Virus record (IMG/VR): IMGVR_UViG_3300007760_001418
Location: 23,821-87,820 of that record
Origin: a virus
Length of the DNA stretch: 64,000 nucleotides
Strand: one strand, 5' to 3'
Notes under the pieces: generated by a model
What the model was told of the DNA's origin: nothing
What the model saw: only the letters and a program-made list of their open reading frames with translations
Database searches by the model: none
In this document: positions 1-9,008 of the stretch, piece after piece
Layout: every line of letters begins with the position of its first letter
Position numbering within the stretch: the first letter of the stretch is position 1
Program-made: the position numbers and the translations under genes

Positions 1-291
1 TCCCCCCATTGACCGGAGCATATTACATTCTGCTTCACCTATAAGATCCTTATCTTTTGCCACACAATCTAAAAGCTTTAGATTGCCAGTCTGTTCTACT
101 AATACAAATGATTCAACCGGGATAACTCCAGGACCTGTTTTAGTAAATAATAAAGATGATCCGGCCGGGATATTACCGGTGATGATGCTGATGTTAAGTA
201 GTGCAATTAGTAGTGCGTTAAGTATTAATACGGCATACAACGATGAGGTTATCGTGTCGACTAGTTTGGCGTATTTAGACTTTTTCTCCAT
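1..291 (-). CDS. Membrane-anchored protein, truncated by the window edge (possibly the N-terminus of a trypsin-like protease)
   Basis: Manual reverse-strand translation from ATG at 291 gives MEKKSKYAKLVDTITSSLYAVLILNALLIALLNISIITG...PVESFVLVEQ...C...C, open to the window edge, with an N-terminal hydrophobic helix. It is absent from the ORF track because it has no stop in the window. The protease identity is a guess. Confidence 0.6.
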   Translation of the reverse strand, partial: MEKKSKYAKLVDTITSSLYAVLILNALLIALLNISIITGNIPAGSSLLFTKTGPGVIPVESFVLVEQTGNLKLLDCVAKDKDLIGEAECNMLRSMGG

Positions 292-380
292 GCACTAGCT
301 CATTTTTCTTAGACCATTTGATTAAACTGTCTATTACTAATTATAGGCTCGCGGGTCGCCCGCAATAAAGATATTAGAAA

Positions 381-409
381 TGTACATGTTAAGCCAACAC
401 AAGTATTAT
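381..409 (+). promoter_or_regulatory. Putative sigma70-type promoter
   Basis: TGTACA-17 nt-TATTAT upstream of the PMM gene. Confidence 0.4.
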
Positions 410-439
410 TCATTTGGAGTTTAGCTATTAAGGATATTC

Positions 440-1264
440 ATGACCTCTGAAGCAAAAAAGATCGTTCTTTTTGATATGGATGGGACATTGACCCCTCCTA
501 GAAAACCAATGGAGGAAAAAATCATTCCAGTTTTGGCGTCATTGACAAAACATGCGCGCATAGGAATTGTAACAGGTAGTGGGTTTGACTATATTAATGA
601 ACAATGCTCAGAACTATGGAATTCACCACTAATCGATCCTACTATGTTGACCCTTTTGCCATGTAACGGTACACAACGGTATGAGTGGAATGCTAAAGAT
701 AAAAGCTGGGATCACATGTTCACTATCAGTATGAAAGAAGAGCTCGGCCTTTTGTCTTATAAGAAACTAACCAGGTCAATCTTAGAGCTTCAATCAAAGA
801 TCGCAAACACAAATCTAGACCTTCCATTGTCAGGTACATTTCTACAATACCGAGGCAGCTTATTGAATTGGTGTATGATGGGTCGCGACTTTACAGATGA
901 CGAAAGAAATATATTCATTGCCATGGATGAGGGTAGCAGACTTAGAAAAGATCTACTACAACGGCTGCGGCGGTCACTGGGCCGCAAAAAGGTACGAGAG
1001 ATAACTGCAGTCTTAGGTGGCCAATGCTCGATTGATATTTACCCGACCGGGTGGGACAAAACTTATGCACTTAAGCATTTTAGTGATTATCAAAAAATCT
1101 GGTTTTTGGGTGATAGGTGTCAAGCCGGCGGAAATGATCAGTTAATTTATGAAACGCTAAGGCCACTTGGCACATCCTTTGAAGTAGGAGGACCTGATGA
1201 TACTATTCAGGTCATTCAAGAATTTGTTATTCCATCTATTACTGGAGATAAAAATGGACATTGA
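440..1264 (+). CDS. Eukaryote-type phosphomannomutase (HAD superfamily, PMM/Sec53-like)
   Basis: Motifs LFDMDGTLTPPR, GIVTGSG, GGQCSIDIYPTGWDKTYAL and FLGDRCQAGGND match the PMM1/PMM2 family. Confidence 0.85.
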   Translation: MTSEAKKIVLFDMDGTLTPPRKPMEEKIIPVLASLTKHARIGIVTGSGFDYINEQCSELWNSPLIDPTMLTLLPCNGTQRYEWNAKDKSWDHMFTISMKEELGLLSYKKLTRSILELQSKIANTNLDLPLSGTFLQYRGSLLNWCMMGRDFTDDERNIFIAMDEGSRLRKDLLQRLRRSLGRKKVREITAVLGGQCSIDIYPTGWDKTYALKHFSDYQKIWFLGDRCQAGGNDQLIYETLRPLGTSFEVGGPDDTIQVIQEFVIPSITGDKNGH

Positions 1265-1478
1265 GCAAGAGCGTAGGTTATTGAGATCTGTTGGTGGAGG
1301 TTATGCTAGTAGAAGAAATACCGGTAACCTATTACCAGAAGAAACAACCATTGCCGGACAATTGGTTGCGCAACAACTTCTTAAGACAACAACATGTAGA
1401 GGCAGTGAATGGCTCGAACTAACTAACGATGGCCAAGCAAGACTATATTTCTTAAATGGTCTTGAACTTGGGGTGTAG
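1254..1478 (+). CDS. Hypothetical protein
   Basis: Probable start at ATG 1254 (MDIEQERRLL) after a GGAG RBS. The 3' end overlaps the tRNA. Confidence 0.55.
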   Translation: MDIEQERRLLRSVGGGYASRRNTGNLLPEETTIAGQLVAQQLLKTTTCRGSEWLELTNDGQARLYFLNGLELGV

Positions 1479-1541
1479 CATAATTGGCAGTGCACTCGGC
1501 TGTTAACCGAGCGGTTGGTGGTTCGAGTCCACCCGCCCCAG
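1469..1541 (+). tRNA. tRNA-Asn (GTT), CCA not encoded
   Basis: Acceptor stem TGGGGTG/CGCCCCA, D arm GCAT..GTGC, anticodon arm CTCGG-CTGTTAA-CCGAG, T arm GGTGG-TTCGAGT-CCACC, discriminator G. Confidence 0.95.
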
Positions 1542-1558
1542 GGGCTTATAAAGGAAAA

Positions 1559-2137
1559 ATGATGAATCAATTTGATGGAGAGTTTGAAATCATGGACACA
1601 GTTCCAGATCAAGAAATAAAATATAGTACAATTGTTATCGATCCACCGTGGATGGAACGAGGCGGGGGTAAGATCAAACGAGGTGCCGATAAGCATTATG
1701 AGTTGTTAGATACCCCGGGGATTGTGCGCACAGTCATTCAATCCCCTATTTGGGATAATGTGGATGAACATGCACATATGTACCTATGGGTCACTAACAG
1801 TTTTCTGCCCCATGGGCTCGAGGTAATGAAAGCTCTAGGTTTCCGTTATATCACTAACGTTGCGTGGGTCAAAAACCAGATTGGATTGGGTCAATATTTC
1901 CGAGGCAAACATGAGTTATGCCTATTTGGTACCCGCGGCAGAGGGGTGTTGCCCCGTACAGATGACCGGTCTATCCCATCAATAATTGAAGCGAAGAAGA
2001 CTGGACACAGTCGAAAGCCGGATGCATTTTATAGAATGGTAGAAAAGCGAAGCCACGGCCCCTACGTTGATATGTTTTCACGTCAACGAAGAGATGGTTG
2101 GGCTGTTTGGGGAAATGATGTCGAGGATGAAGAGTAG
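1559..2137 (+). CDS. MT-A70 family N6-adenine methyltransferase
   Basis: Catalytic IVIDPPW, plus YLWVTN, GLGQYFRGKHELCLFG, HSRKPD and DMFSR..RDGWAVWGN. Start moved to ATG 1559 because the track start lies inside the tRNA. Confidence 0.88.
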   Translation: MMNQFDGEFEIMDTVPDQEIKYSTIVIDPPWMERGGGKIKRGADKHYELLDTPGIVRTVIQSPIWDNVDEHAHMYLWVTNSFLPHGLEVMKALGFRYITNVAWVKNQIGLGQYFRGKHELCLFGTRGRGVLPRTDDRSIPSIIEAKKTGHSRKPDAFYRMVEKRSHGPYVDMFSRQRRDGWAVWGNDVEDEE

Positions 2138-2570
2138 AATAGGATTTACATGTGGCGCTTTTGATCTGTTACATGCAGGACATGCTCTTATGCTCGAAGA
2201 GGCCAAGTCTAGATGCAATTATCTAATTGTGGGGGTACAATCGGATCCAAGCATTGATCGGCCGGCGAAAAATAAACCTATTCAAACTTATGAAGAGCGG
2301 ATCATAATGGTCAAAGCAATAAAGTTTGTTGATGAAGTTGTATCATATGACACAGAAGATGATCTTATTAAGTTATTGCAAGACTTAAATCCCGATGTTC
2401 GAATTCTTGGTGCTGATTGGGAGGGTAAGAACTTTACCGGACATAATCTTCCAATTGAGTGTTACTTCAATTCGAGGAACCATAACTGGTCAACATCTGA
2501 TCTTCGAAAAAGAGTTTATGATGTCGAAAAATATTTTGGTACTGGATACGTTCCTAGCTCGATAACTTGA
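2115..2570 (+). CDS. Cytidylyltransferase family protein (glycerol-3-phosphate cytidylyltransferase TagD-like)
   Basis: GFTCGAFDLLHAGH (HxGH), LIVGVQSD, KPIQTYEER, GADW and STSDLR. Confidence 0.85.
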   Translation: MMSRMKSRIGFTCGAFDLLHAGHALMLEEAKSRCNYLIVGVQSDPSIDRPAKNKPIQTYEERIIMVKAIKFVDEVVSYDTEDDLIKLLQDLNPDVRILGADWEGKNFTGHNLPIECYFNSRNHNWSTSDLRKRVYDVEKYFGTGYVPSSIT

Positions 2571-2595
2571 AAAACACCATACCCTGGTGTATAAT
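2567..2595 (+). promoter_or_regulatory. Sigma70-type promoter
   Basis: TTGAAA-17 nt-TATAAT with an extended TG, upstream of the helicase. Confidence 0.65.
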
Positions 2596-2613
2596 ATATC
2601 AAGGATGTGTGAT

Positions 2614-4248
2614 ATGCAATTTGACGTGAAGTCCATCTTTCCATACGGGGAGATTAGAGATGCCCAAAGTGAAGCTATTGATTTTGCTTTGGATGCATTT
2701 ATAAATCAACAAAAGAAATTTGTTATCATCGAGGCCGGTACCGGTGTAGGGAAAAGTGCAATTGGTGTAACTTTATCAAGGTACATGGATGCATTGCCCA
2801 CGCAGACGCCGGCTGGTGAGGAAGAACCATATAAACCAGGTGGTTATTTCTTAACAACTCAAAAGATCCTCCAGGAGCAATATGTCAAGGACTTTGCTAA
2901 ACCAGCTGGAAAGATGTGCTCTATTAAATCATCGTCTAACTACACATGTTCCTTTAGTGGAAAGACTAATTGTGGTGAAGGACAAAGACTTCTAAAGGTT
3001 ACTGAAAAGGGGACTCCTCAATGGAGGCACTGTGTTTTCAATTGTACATACAAAAATGCCAAAGATGATTTCCTAGCATCACCCGAAAGTATTACTAATT
3101 TCTCATATTTCTTGGCTGAGACAACATATGCTGGAAAGCTTAAGCCAAGAAACATGCTGGTGGTCGACGAGGCCCATAATGTAGAAACAGAACTCAGTAA
3201 GTTTATTGAGGTTGCAGTTACCGAACGGTTTGCAAAGTCAATGAAACTACAGATGCCTCATATTTCAACTCAACTACAGGCCATTGACTGGATTCGAAAT
3301 GTATACGCACCTAAGATACGTGCGCACGTGAAACACGTCGAGAAAATGCTTGACAAATACACAGGCCTTAGAGAAAAACTCCAGGAATTTGCCAAGCTGG
3401 CAAAGCAGTATGATCTTTTAGATAAGCATGCATGCAAGATCCAGCGATTCTTAGACGTATATGACAGTGATAATTGGGTCTTTAACATGACCCCGGCCGA
3501 TGGTAGATCTGGGCGGCGACTTGAATTCAAGCCTATTGACGTTGCACCATTTGCAGATGATATGGTTTTTAAGCAAGGAAAACATGTTGTCATGATGTCA
3601 GCCACCATTTTAGATAGAGACGCATTTTGTACTTTACTTGGGATCCCACGAGAACAAGTTGCATTTATCTCCATTCCGTCTCCCTTCCCAATAGAGCATC
3701 GACCAATTATGACTTTCCCTATTGGTAAGATGAGCGCAAAAGCAATTGATGATACTTTGCCCAAGCTAGCAGAAGCTGTTAAGACAATTATGGAACAACA
3801 TAAAGATGAAAAGGGGATCATCCATTGTCACACATATAAGATTGCCAATTATCTTAAGAGGCATGTAAGAAGTAAGAGATTGTTAATTCATAATAGCGAA
3901 AATAGAGAAGCTATGTTGAATAGGCATATTAAGTCGACAACTCCAACAATATTACTTTCTCCGTCCATGACAGAAGGTATTGATCTTTATGATGAGCTTG
4001 GCAGGTTTCAGGTAATTTGTAAAGTTCCATATCCTTATCTTGGTGACAAGCTTGTGAAGAAGCGAATGCATAAATGGAGATGGTGGTACCCATTACAGAC
4101 AGCAAAATCAATTGTGCAAGCAGTAGGGCGGAGCGTGAGAAGCATGGATGATCATGCAGTAACATACATTTTGGATAGTGATTGGGATTTCTTTTATAAT
4201 AAGAATAAGATATTCTTTCCAAAAGGATTTTCAGATTGCTTAAAGTAG
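2614..4248 (+). CDS. DinG/YoaA/XPD-like SF2 DNA helicase
   Basis: Q motif (FPYGEIRDAQ), Walker A EAGTGVGKS, Cys cluster, DEAH, MSATI, EGIDL, KVPYP and QAVGRSVRS. Start may be 2605 or 2614. Confidence 0.9.
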   Translation: MQFDVKSIFPYGEIRDAQSEAIDFALDAFINQQKKFVIIEAGTGVGKSAIGVTLSRYMDALPTQTPAGEEEPYKPGGYFLTTQKILQEQYVKDFAKPAGKMCSIKSSSNYTCSFSGKTNCGEGQRLLKVTEKGTPQWRHCVFNCTYKNAKDDFLASPESITNFSYFLAETTYAGKLKPRNMLVVDEAHNVETELSKFIEVAVTERFAKSMKLQMPHISTQLQAIDWIRNVYAPKIRAHVKHVEKMLDKYTGLREKLQEFAKLAKQYDLLDKHACKIQRFLDVYDSDNWVFNMTPADGRSGRRLEFKPIDVAPFADDMVFKQGKHVVMMSATILDRDAFCTLLGIPREQVAFISIPSPFPIEHRPIMTFPIGKMSAKAIDDTLPKLAEAVKTIMEQHKDEKGIIHCHTYKIANYLKRHVRSKRLLIHNSENREAMLNRHIKSTTPTILLSPSMTEGIDLYDELGRFQVICKVPYPYLGDKLVKKRMHKWRWWYPLQTAKSIVQAVGRSVRSMDDHAVTYILDSDWDFFYNKNKIFFPKGFSDCLK

Positions 4249-4254
4249 GTAACA

Positions 4255-4782
4255 ATGCCAGGTAAAGTTATAAGTGATGTCTGGAAGCTCATGGATGACC
4301 TACAAGGGACGCATGGCAGAGACATATATGTAACCTCCGGTGGTTTTGACCCAATGCATGTAGGACACCTCAGGTGTATACAGGGAACCGTAGGGCTAGC
4401 CAATAATCCGGATGAATATCCCTCGAAGCATACGGGGATTGTTGTGGTCATTGTCAATGGAGATGGATTTTTAGAACGAAAAAAGGGTTATGCCTTCATG
4501 CCTCATGAGGAGCGCATGGAAATAATTGCTGGAATTGAGGGTGTTGATTACGTTGTGGGATGGGATGATGGAGGTCAGACGGTTACTGGTGCCATCGACA
4601 TCATTCGCCCCAACTATTTCACCAAGGGAGGAGACAGGGTCAACGCAGACACAGTTCCAGAATTTAGACTTTGTGCCGATATCGGTTGTAAGGTCATATT
4701 TAATGTTGGAGGCGGGAAAGTCCAGTCTAGCAGTGAGCTAGTCGATTTTGCTTCTCGACATACTACGGATTATGGTACTTAA
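4255..4782 (+). CDS. Cytidylyltransferase-like nucleotidyltransferase (RfaE-II/RibL-like)
   Basis: SGGFDPMHVGH, KKGYAFMPHEER, FTKGGDR and KVQSSS. Confidence 0.8.
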   Translation: MPGKVISDVWKLMDDLQGTHGRDIYVTSGGFDPMHVGHLRCIQGTVGLANNPDEYPSKHTGIVVVIVNGDGFLERKKGYAFMPHEERMEIIAGIEGVDYVVGWDDGGQTVTGAIDIIRPNYFTKGGDRVNADTVPEFRLCADIGCKVIFNVGGGKVQSSSELVDFASRHTTDYGT

Positions 4783-5338
4783 ATTACATGTATTTGATTT
4801 TGATGATACTCTAGTTTCTTCTAACGCAATGGTCAGAGTAATACACGATGACGGCACAATAGAAGAACTGCCCAGCCACGAGTTTGCAACGTACGTCCCT
4901 CTTCCAGGTGATGACTTTGATTTTAATGACTTTGAGATATACCCGCCGGATGGCAAAATTCTATCCAATATGTTCAATAAAATGCTAGCTGCAATTCAAC
5001 AATATGGGCAAGAGCATGTGGTAGTCTTATCTGCTCGAGGCAATGATGCTGTGATGCGCGATTTCCTTCAAGATAATGGACTAACGTATGATATTGAGAT
5101 AGTCGGGGTAGGATCATCTGACCCCCAGGCTAAAGGGCGGTTTGTTAGAAACAAAGTAGCAAATGGTGGATACACTGAGGTTCATGTTTTTGATGATTCC
5201 AAAGCTAACGTGCAGGCCATTGGTGCAGCAGTGAAGAAAATGGATGGTGTCGAGTATTTTGGTACATTGGTCGAAACAAAGCAAGGATCAATGCTAAGAA
5301 AAACAATCCGTGGAATCATTAAGGAAATATTTTGTTGA
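4772..5338 (+). CDS. HAD-superfamily phosphatase-like protein
   Basis: VFDFDDTL, VLSARG, conserved K and VFDDSKAN motifs. Confidence 0.75.
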   Translation: MVLKLHVFDFDDTLVSSNAMVRVIHDDGTIEELPSHEFATYVPLPGDDFDFNDFEIYPPDGKILSNMFNKMLAAIQQYGQEHVVVLSARGNDAVMRDFLQDNGLTYDIEIVGVGSSDPQAKGRFVRNKVANGGYTEVHVFDDSKANVQAIGAAVKKMDGVEYFGTLVETKQGSMLRKTIRGIIKEIFC

Positions 5339-5364
5339 TCCTGGATATTTACTAATATCAAGGA
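5339..5364 (+). promoter_or_regulatory. Putative late promoter ATATTTA within a hairpin covering the RBS
   Basis: TCCT-G-GATATT / loop TACT / AATATC-A-AGGA. The 3' arm is the AGGAG RBS of the HD gene. Confidence 0.55.
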
Positions 5365-5371
5365 GAATCTG

Positions 5372-5956
5372 ATGTCACCAGAGCTTCACATACTTAGAGA
5401 ATATATCCAAGAAGTTTGTGGTGGTGACGATGCAGATAAGATCTTAGACACAGCCGAGACGGCCCACCGGGGACAAACAAGGCGATCCGGTGAACCATAC
5501 ATAGATCATCCTGTTGCAGTAGCAAATATCATAAAGCAATATTATCCTGGGGAAAGATTGCTATGTACAGCCGCCCTATTACATGATGCGCTGGAAGATG
5601 CTATTGATAATGGCAACTATAAAGATGAAGAGGAATTAGTGGGCGCCATCCAGGGATCTTACACAAATTCCAGTGAGGGGCAAGAAGTGCTTAGCATTGT
5701 TTATGCCTTGACACATGGTGAAAGTACACCTTACCTAGAATATGTTTTAGCTTTAGCCAGTAATCCTGGAGCACTTAAGGTTAAGCTAGCAGATATGCTT
5801 CACAACCTCAGCTCAAACCCCTCACCCAAACAAATTACAAAATATGGTGGGGCAATCATGGCATTACAAGATGCATTTGGATCCCCCCCTGAGGGAATTA
5901 GCCATGATCATTGGGCTGCATTAAAAGAACTAATCAATGAAGATCAAGTTACTTAG
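5372..5956 (+). CDS. HD-domain hydrolase, SpoT/Mesh1-like ((p)ppGpp hydrolase-like)
   Basis: AHRGQTRRSGEPYIDHPVAVA, AALLHDALED and VKLADMLHNL. Confidence 0.85.
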   Translation: MSPELHILREYIQEVCGGDDADKILDTAETAHRGQTRRSGEPYIDHPVAVANIIKQYYPGERLLCTAALLHDALEDAIDNGNYKDEEELVGAIQGSYTNSSEGQEVLSIVYALTHGESTPYLEYVLALASNPGALKVKLADMLHNLSSNPSPKQITKYGGAIMALQDAFGSPPEGISHDHWAALKELINEDQVT

Positions 5957-6389
5957 GGAAATAATTCAAATGATTTTGACCGATCAAGGAAACAAGGTGG
6001 TACCTGGCGCAGGGATAATCATTGTGCGTAAATTTGATAACGGGTGGAAAGTTCTTGGCTTAAAAAAAGATGGAGTATATGATATCCCTAAAGGTGGGAT
6101 CGATCCTGGGGAATCAACACTACATACAGCACTTCGAGAAACAAAAGAAGAAGCCGGAATTCAAAACCCTAAGTTTACCTGGGGACTCAAGACAAATGTC
6201 AACTCTGAACTAACGACGTATCTTGCAGAGACGAATGAGGATCCTTTTATTTCTCCCAATCCAGAAACAGGAATATTAGAACATGATTCCGCACACTGGT
6301 TGGAGTGGAATGAGCTATACAATAATACATTAGACTTTGTCCAGCCGGCAGTTAGCTGGGCAAAAGGAATTGTAGAAAGAACAAAATAG
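5937..6389 (+). CDS. NUDIX hydrolase (Ap4A hydrolase-like)
   Basis: Nudix box PKGGIDPGESTLHTALRETKEEAG, plus GAGIII and EHDSAHW. Confidence 0.85.
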   Translation: MKIKLLREIIQMILTDQGNKVVPGAGIIIVRKFDNGWKVLGLKKDGVYDIPKGGIDPGESTLHTALRETKEEAGIQNPKFTWGLKTNVNSELTTYLAETNEDPFISPNPETGILEHDSAHWLEWNELYNNTLDFVQPAVSWAKGIVERTK

Positions 6390-6477
6390 TTCACGTTCGA
6401 CCAATTGCTGGGTACTTTTATATTTAGATAATGATACTGGATTTACAGTACTCTGCTTAATGAGAATAGTTATAAAC

Positions 6478-7662
6478 ATGTCTGTTTTCAAAGAACATAG
6501 AACGTCCGCCGACCGATCAGCTTCTGATCGGGGTCGACATAAGCATAAAATTGAGGAAGCGATTCGTGAGGGGATATATCACGTCATTGCTGATGAGTCT
6601 ATAATTGGGAAAGACGGAACAAAAAAGGTTAGGATACCTGTTCGGGGAATTAAAGAATACCAATTTGTATACGGTGATAATGAGCAGAGTAAAAAAGTAG
6701 GAAGCGCAACTGGCAAAAATATTAAGCGTGGTCAGCAGGTTGGTCCATCCCCCCAGAAAAAAGATAAAGGTGAGGGTAACCAGCCAGGAAACGAAAAGGG
6801 TGTTGAATACTATGAGGTAGAGATTACCCTAGAAGAACTAGCATATTATCTATTTGAAAGCCTGGAATTGCCAGAGCTTGAAAAAAAGCAAATGAAAAAA
6901 ATCATGTCTGAAAAAATGAAGAGGCATGGTTATCGTGAGTTTGGAATCCGGCCGCGGCTGGACAAAAAGAAAACACTTAAAAAGAAGCTACGTAGAAAGG
7001 CAGCTGCCAAAAGAGCCGGAACGTTTGCAGACGGTGAAGATGATCGGTTCCCTTTTCATACTGATGATCTAAAATATAAGCATATAAAAAATACAATCCA
7101 GGAAACTAGCAATGCCGTTGTATTTTTTGTAATGGACATATCTGGTTCAATGACAACACAGAAGAAATTTCTTGCAAGAAGCTTCTACTTTCTACTGTAC
7201 CAATTCTTAAATTACCGATATGAAAATGTTGATCTGGTATTTGTAGCCCATGACACACAGGCATATGAGGTTACAGAAGAACAATTTTTCAAGCGTGGCG
7301 CTGGCGGGGGCACCTTGGCCTCTTCTTCAATTGAAATGGTTTTGGATATTATTAATGAAAGATACCCAACAGACGTTTGGAACATATATACATTTCACTG
7401 TTCTGATGGGGACAACTGGCCAGAAGATATGGACAACCTTATGTTCTGCTCAGGTAAACTAAAAGAGCTAACCCAGTTATATTGTTATTGTGAGATTGAA
7501 CCAAATGAAGAGCGCATGCGGTGGCTGATGGATGAAGGTTCAAAAATATCAAATGCATACGTCGGATTGAATGATGATAAGTTTAAGATTGTTAAAATTC
7601 AGGAGCCAGGTGATATTTGGCCGGCTTTCCAAGATCTGTTTGGGGGGAAACTGGGGTTATAA
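6478..7662 (+). CDS. yeaH: YeaH/YhbH (DUF444) family vWA-like protein
   Basis: DRGRHKHKIEEAI, IPVRGIKEYQF, VMDISGSM, AHDTQAYEV, GGTLASS and FHCSDGDNW. Confidence 0.9.
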   Translation: MSVFKEHRTSADRSASDRGRHKHKIEEAIREGIYHVIADESIIGKDGTKKVRIPVRGIKEYQFVYGDNEQSKKVGSATGKNIKRGQQVGPSPQKKDKGEGNQPGNEKGVEYYEVEITLEELAYYLFESLELPELEKKQMKKIMSEKMKRHGYREFGIRPRLDKKKTLKKKLRRKAAAKRAGTFADGEDDRFPFHTDDLKYKHIKNTIQETSNAVVFFVMDISGSMTTQKKFLARSFYFLLYQFLNYRYENVDLVFVAHDTQAYEVTEEQFFKRGAGGGTLASSSIEMVLDIINERYPTDVWNIYTFHCSDGDNWPEDMDNLMFCSGKLKELTQLYCYCEIEPNEERMRWLMDEGSKISNAYVGLNDDKFKIVKIQEPGDIWPAFQDLFGGKLGL

Positions 7663-8966
7663 TGTCTGATTGGAACTTTGATTTATTAGAAGAGTGGGAC
7701 AAGAAAATACATGACCTTGCATTGAGCTTTGGCCTAGACTGGTATCCTATTATCTACGAGGTTTGCGACTACTATCAGATGATAGGTCATATGTCATATC
7801 ATGGGTTGCCCAGTCATTATTGCCATTGGTCATTTGGAAAGTCATTTGAAAGAACACACCAGCTTTATCAGGCAGGGATGGAAGGGTTACCTTATGAGCT
7901 AATCATTAACTCTGATCCGTCTATCGCATATCTGATGAAAGAAAATCCGGCATATATGCAAATTCTTATTATGTGCCACTGTGTTGGGCACTCTGATTTC
8001 TTTAAGAATAATAAGACATTTGAACATACTCGTCCAGAGACGACATGTACCAGGTTTCGAAATGCTAGAAAAAGAATTCAAGGATATATTGAAGATCCAA
8101 GTATAGGTGTCGACAAGGTTGAAAGAATCTTAGATGCATCACATGCAATAAAGTACCAGATCGACCGAAACTTGAAAAAACGACCATCCCATAAAGATCT
8201 AAAAGAAGAATATACTCGCCGGGTTAAAGAGGATGATCGGTATGAAAATTTTGATATTGAAAAAATCCCTTTAGAGCCAGACTATAATATACTTGGATTT
8301 ATTATTGAGCACTCTAAAAGCCTCAAGGACTGGGAGAGGGACATTGTTGAAATCGTGCATAATGAATCTTTGTATTTTCTGCCACAGATTAAATCAAAGA
8401 TTATGAATGAGGGATGGGCATCATTCTGGCACTATAGATTAATGCACGAGTTGGACCTTCCACAAGAATACCATATACCATTCATTAAAAGTCATAACCA
8501 GGTCATCAGGCCTCATATAGGGTCTCTAAACCCATACCATGTGGGGTTCTATATGTTCCAGAAGATTGAAGAGAGGTTTGGGCTTGATCAATGTTTCCTT
8601 GCGAGGGAAATAGGTCATGACGAGTCGTTTCTACGGGAATACTTAACAGAAGAGGATTGCAGAGAGCTTAATTTGTTTTCATATTCAAAGAAGAAAAGAG
8701 AAATTTCTACAATTGATGAAATATCCGATGGCGAGGGGTGGAAAAAAATCAAGAATGACCTTATCAAAAATGTAGGTGCTGGTACAATTCCCAAGATATA
8801 TGTAGAATCTATAGAGGATGGAAACGTGTTAATACTGCAACATGAACATGATGGAAGAGATCTTGAACTAAATTATGCTGATGAGGTTGTAAAACACGTT
8901 GGCACTTTGTGGGGAGACGTCGTAAAACTTCTTACTGTAGTAGAGGAAGAACCGTGGGAAATTTGA
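7662..8966 (+). CDS. spoVR: SpoVR/YcgB family protein
   Basis: GLPSHYCHWSFGK, YELIINSDPSIAYL, HCVGHSDFFKNN, KIMNEGWASFWH, NPYHVG and HEHDGRDL. Confidence 0.92.
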   Translation: MSDWNFDLLEEWDKKIHDLALSFGLDWYPIIYEVCDYYQMIGHMSYHGLPSHYCHWSFGKSFERTHQLYQAGMEGLPYELIINSDPSIAYLMKENPAYMQILIMCHCVGHSDFFKNNKTFEHTRPETTCTRFRNARKRIQGYIEDPSIGVDKVERILDASHAIKYQIDRNLKKRPSHKDLKEEYTRRVKEDDRYENFDIEKIPLEPDYNILGFIIEHSKSLKDWERDIVEIVHNESLYFLPQIKSKIMNEGWASFWHYRLMHELDLPQEYHIPFIKSHNQVIRPHIGSLNPYHVGFYMFQKIEERFGLDQCFLAREIGHDESFLREYLTEEDCRELNLFSYSKKKREISTIDEISDGEGWKKIKNDLIKNVGAGTIPKIYVESIEDGNVLILQHEHDGRDLELNYADEVVKHVGTLWGDVVKLLTVVEEEPWEI

Positions 8967-9008
8967 TGACAACGATATTTATTAGTACCCAATGTAGGGA
9001 GATTTGCA

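Noticed and set aside
83-298. Plus-strand 71-aa ORF
   Set aside because: It is a shadow of a more plausible minus-strand gene starting at 291 that has a TM helix and an upstream promoter-like motif.
351-363. GCGGG-TCG-CCCGC hairpin as a terminator
   Set aside because: It lies between divergent genes with no U-tract on the + strand, so its function cannot be supported.
1484-1558. N-terminal extension of the MT-A70 ORF given in the track
   Set aside because: It lies within tRNA-Asn; ATG 1559 is the better start.
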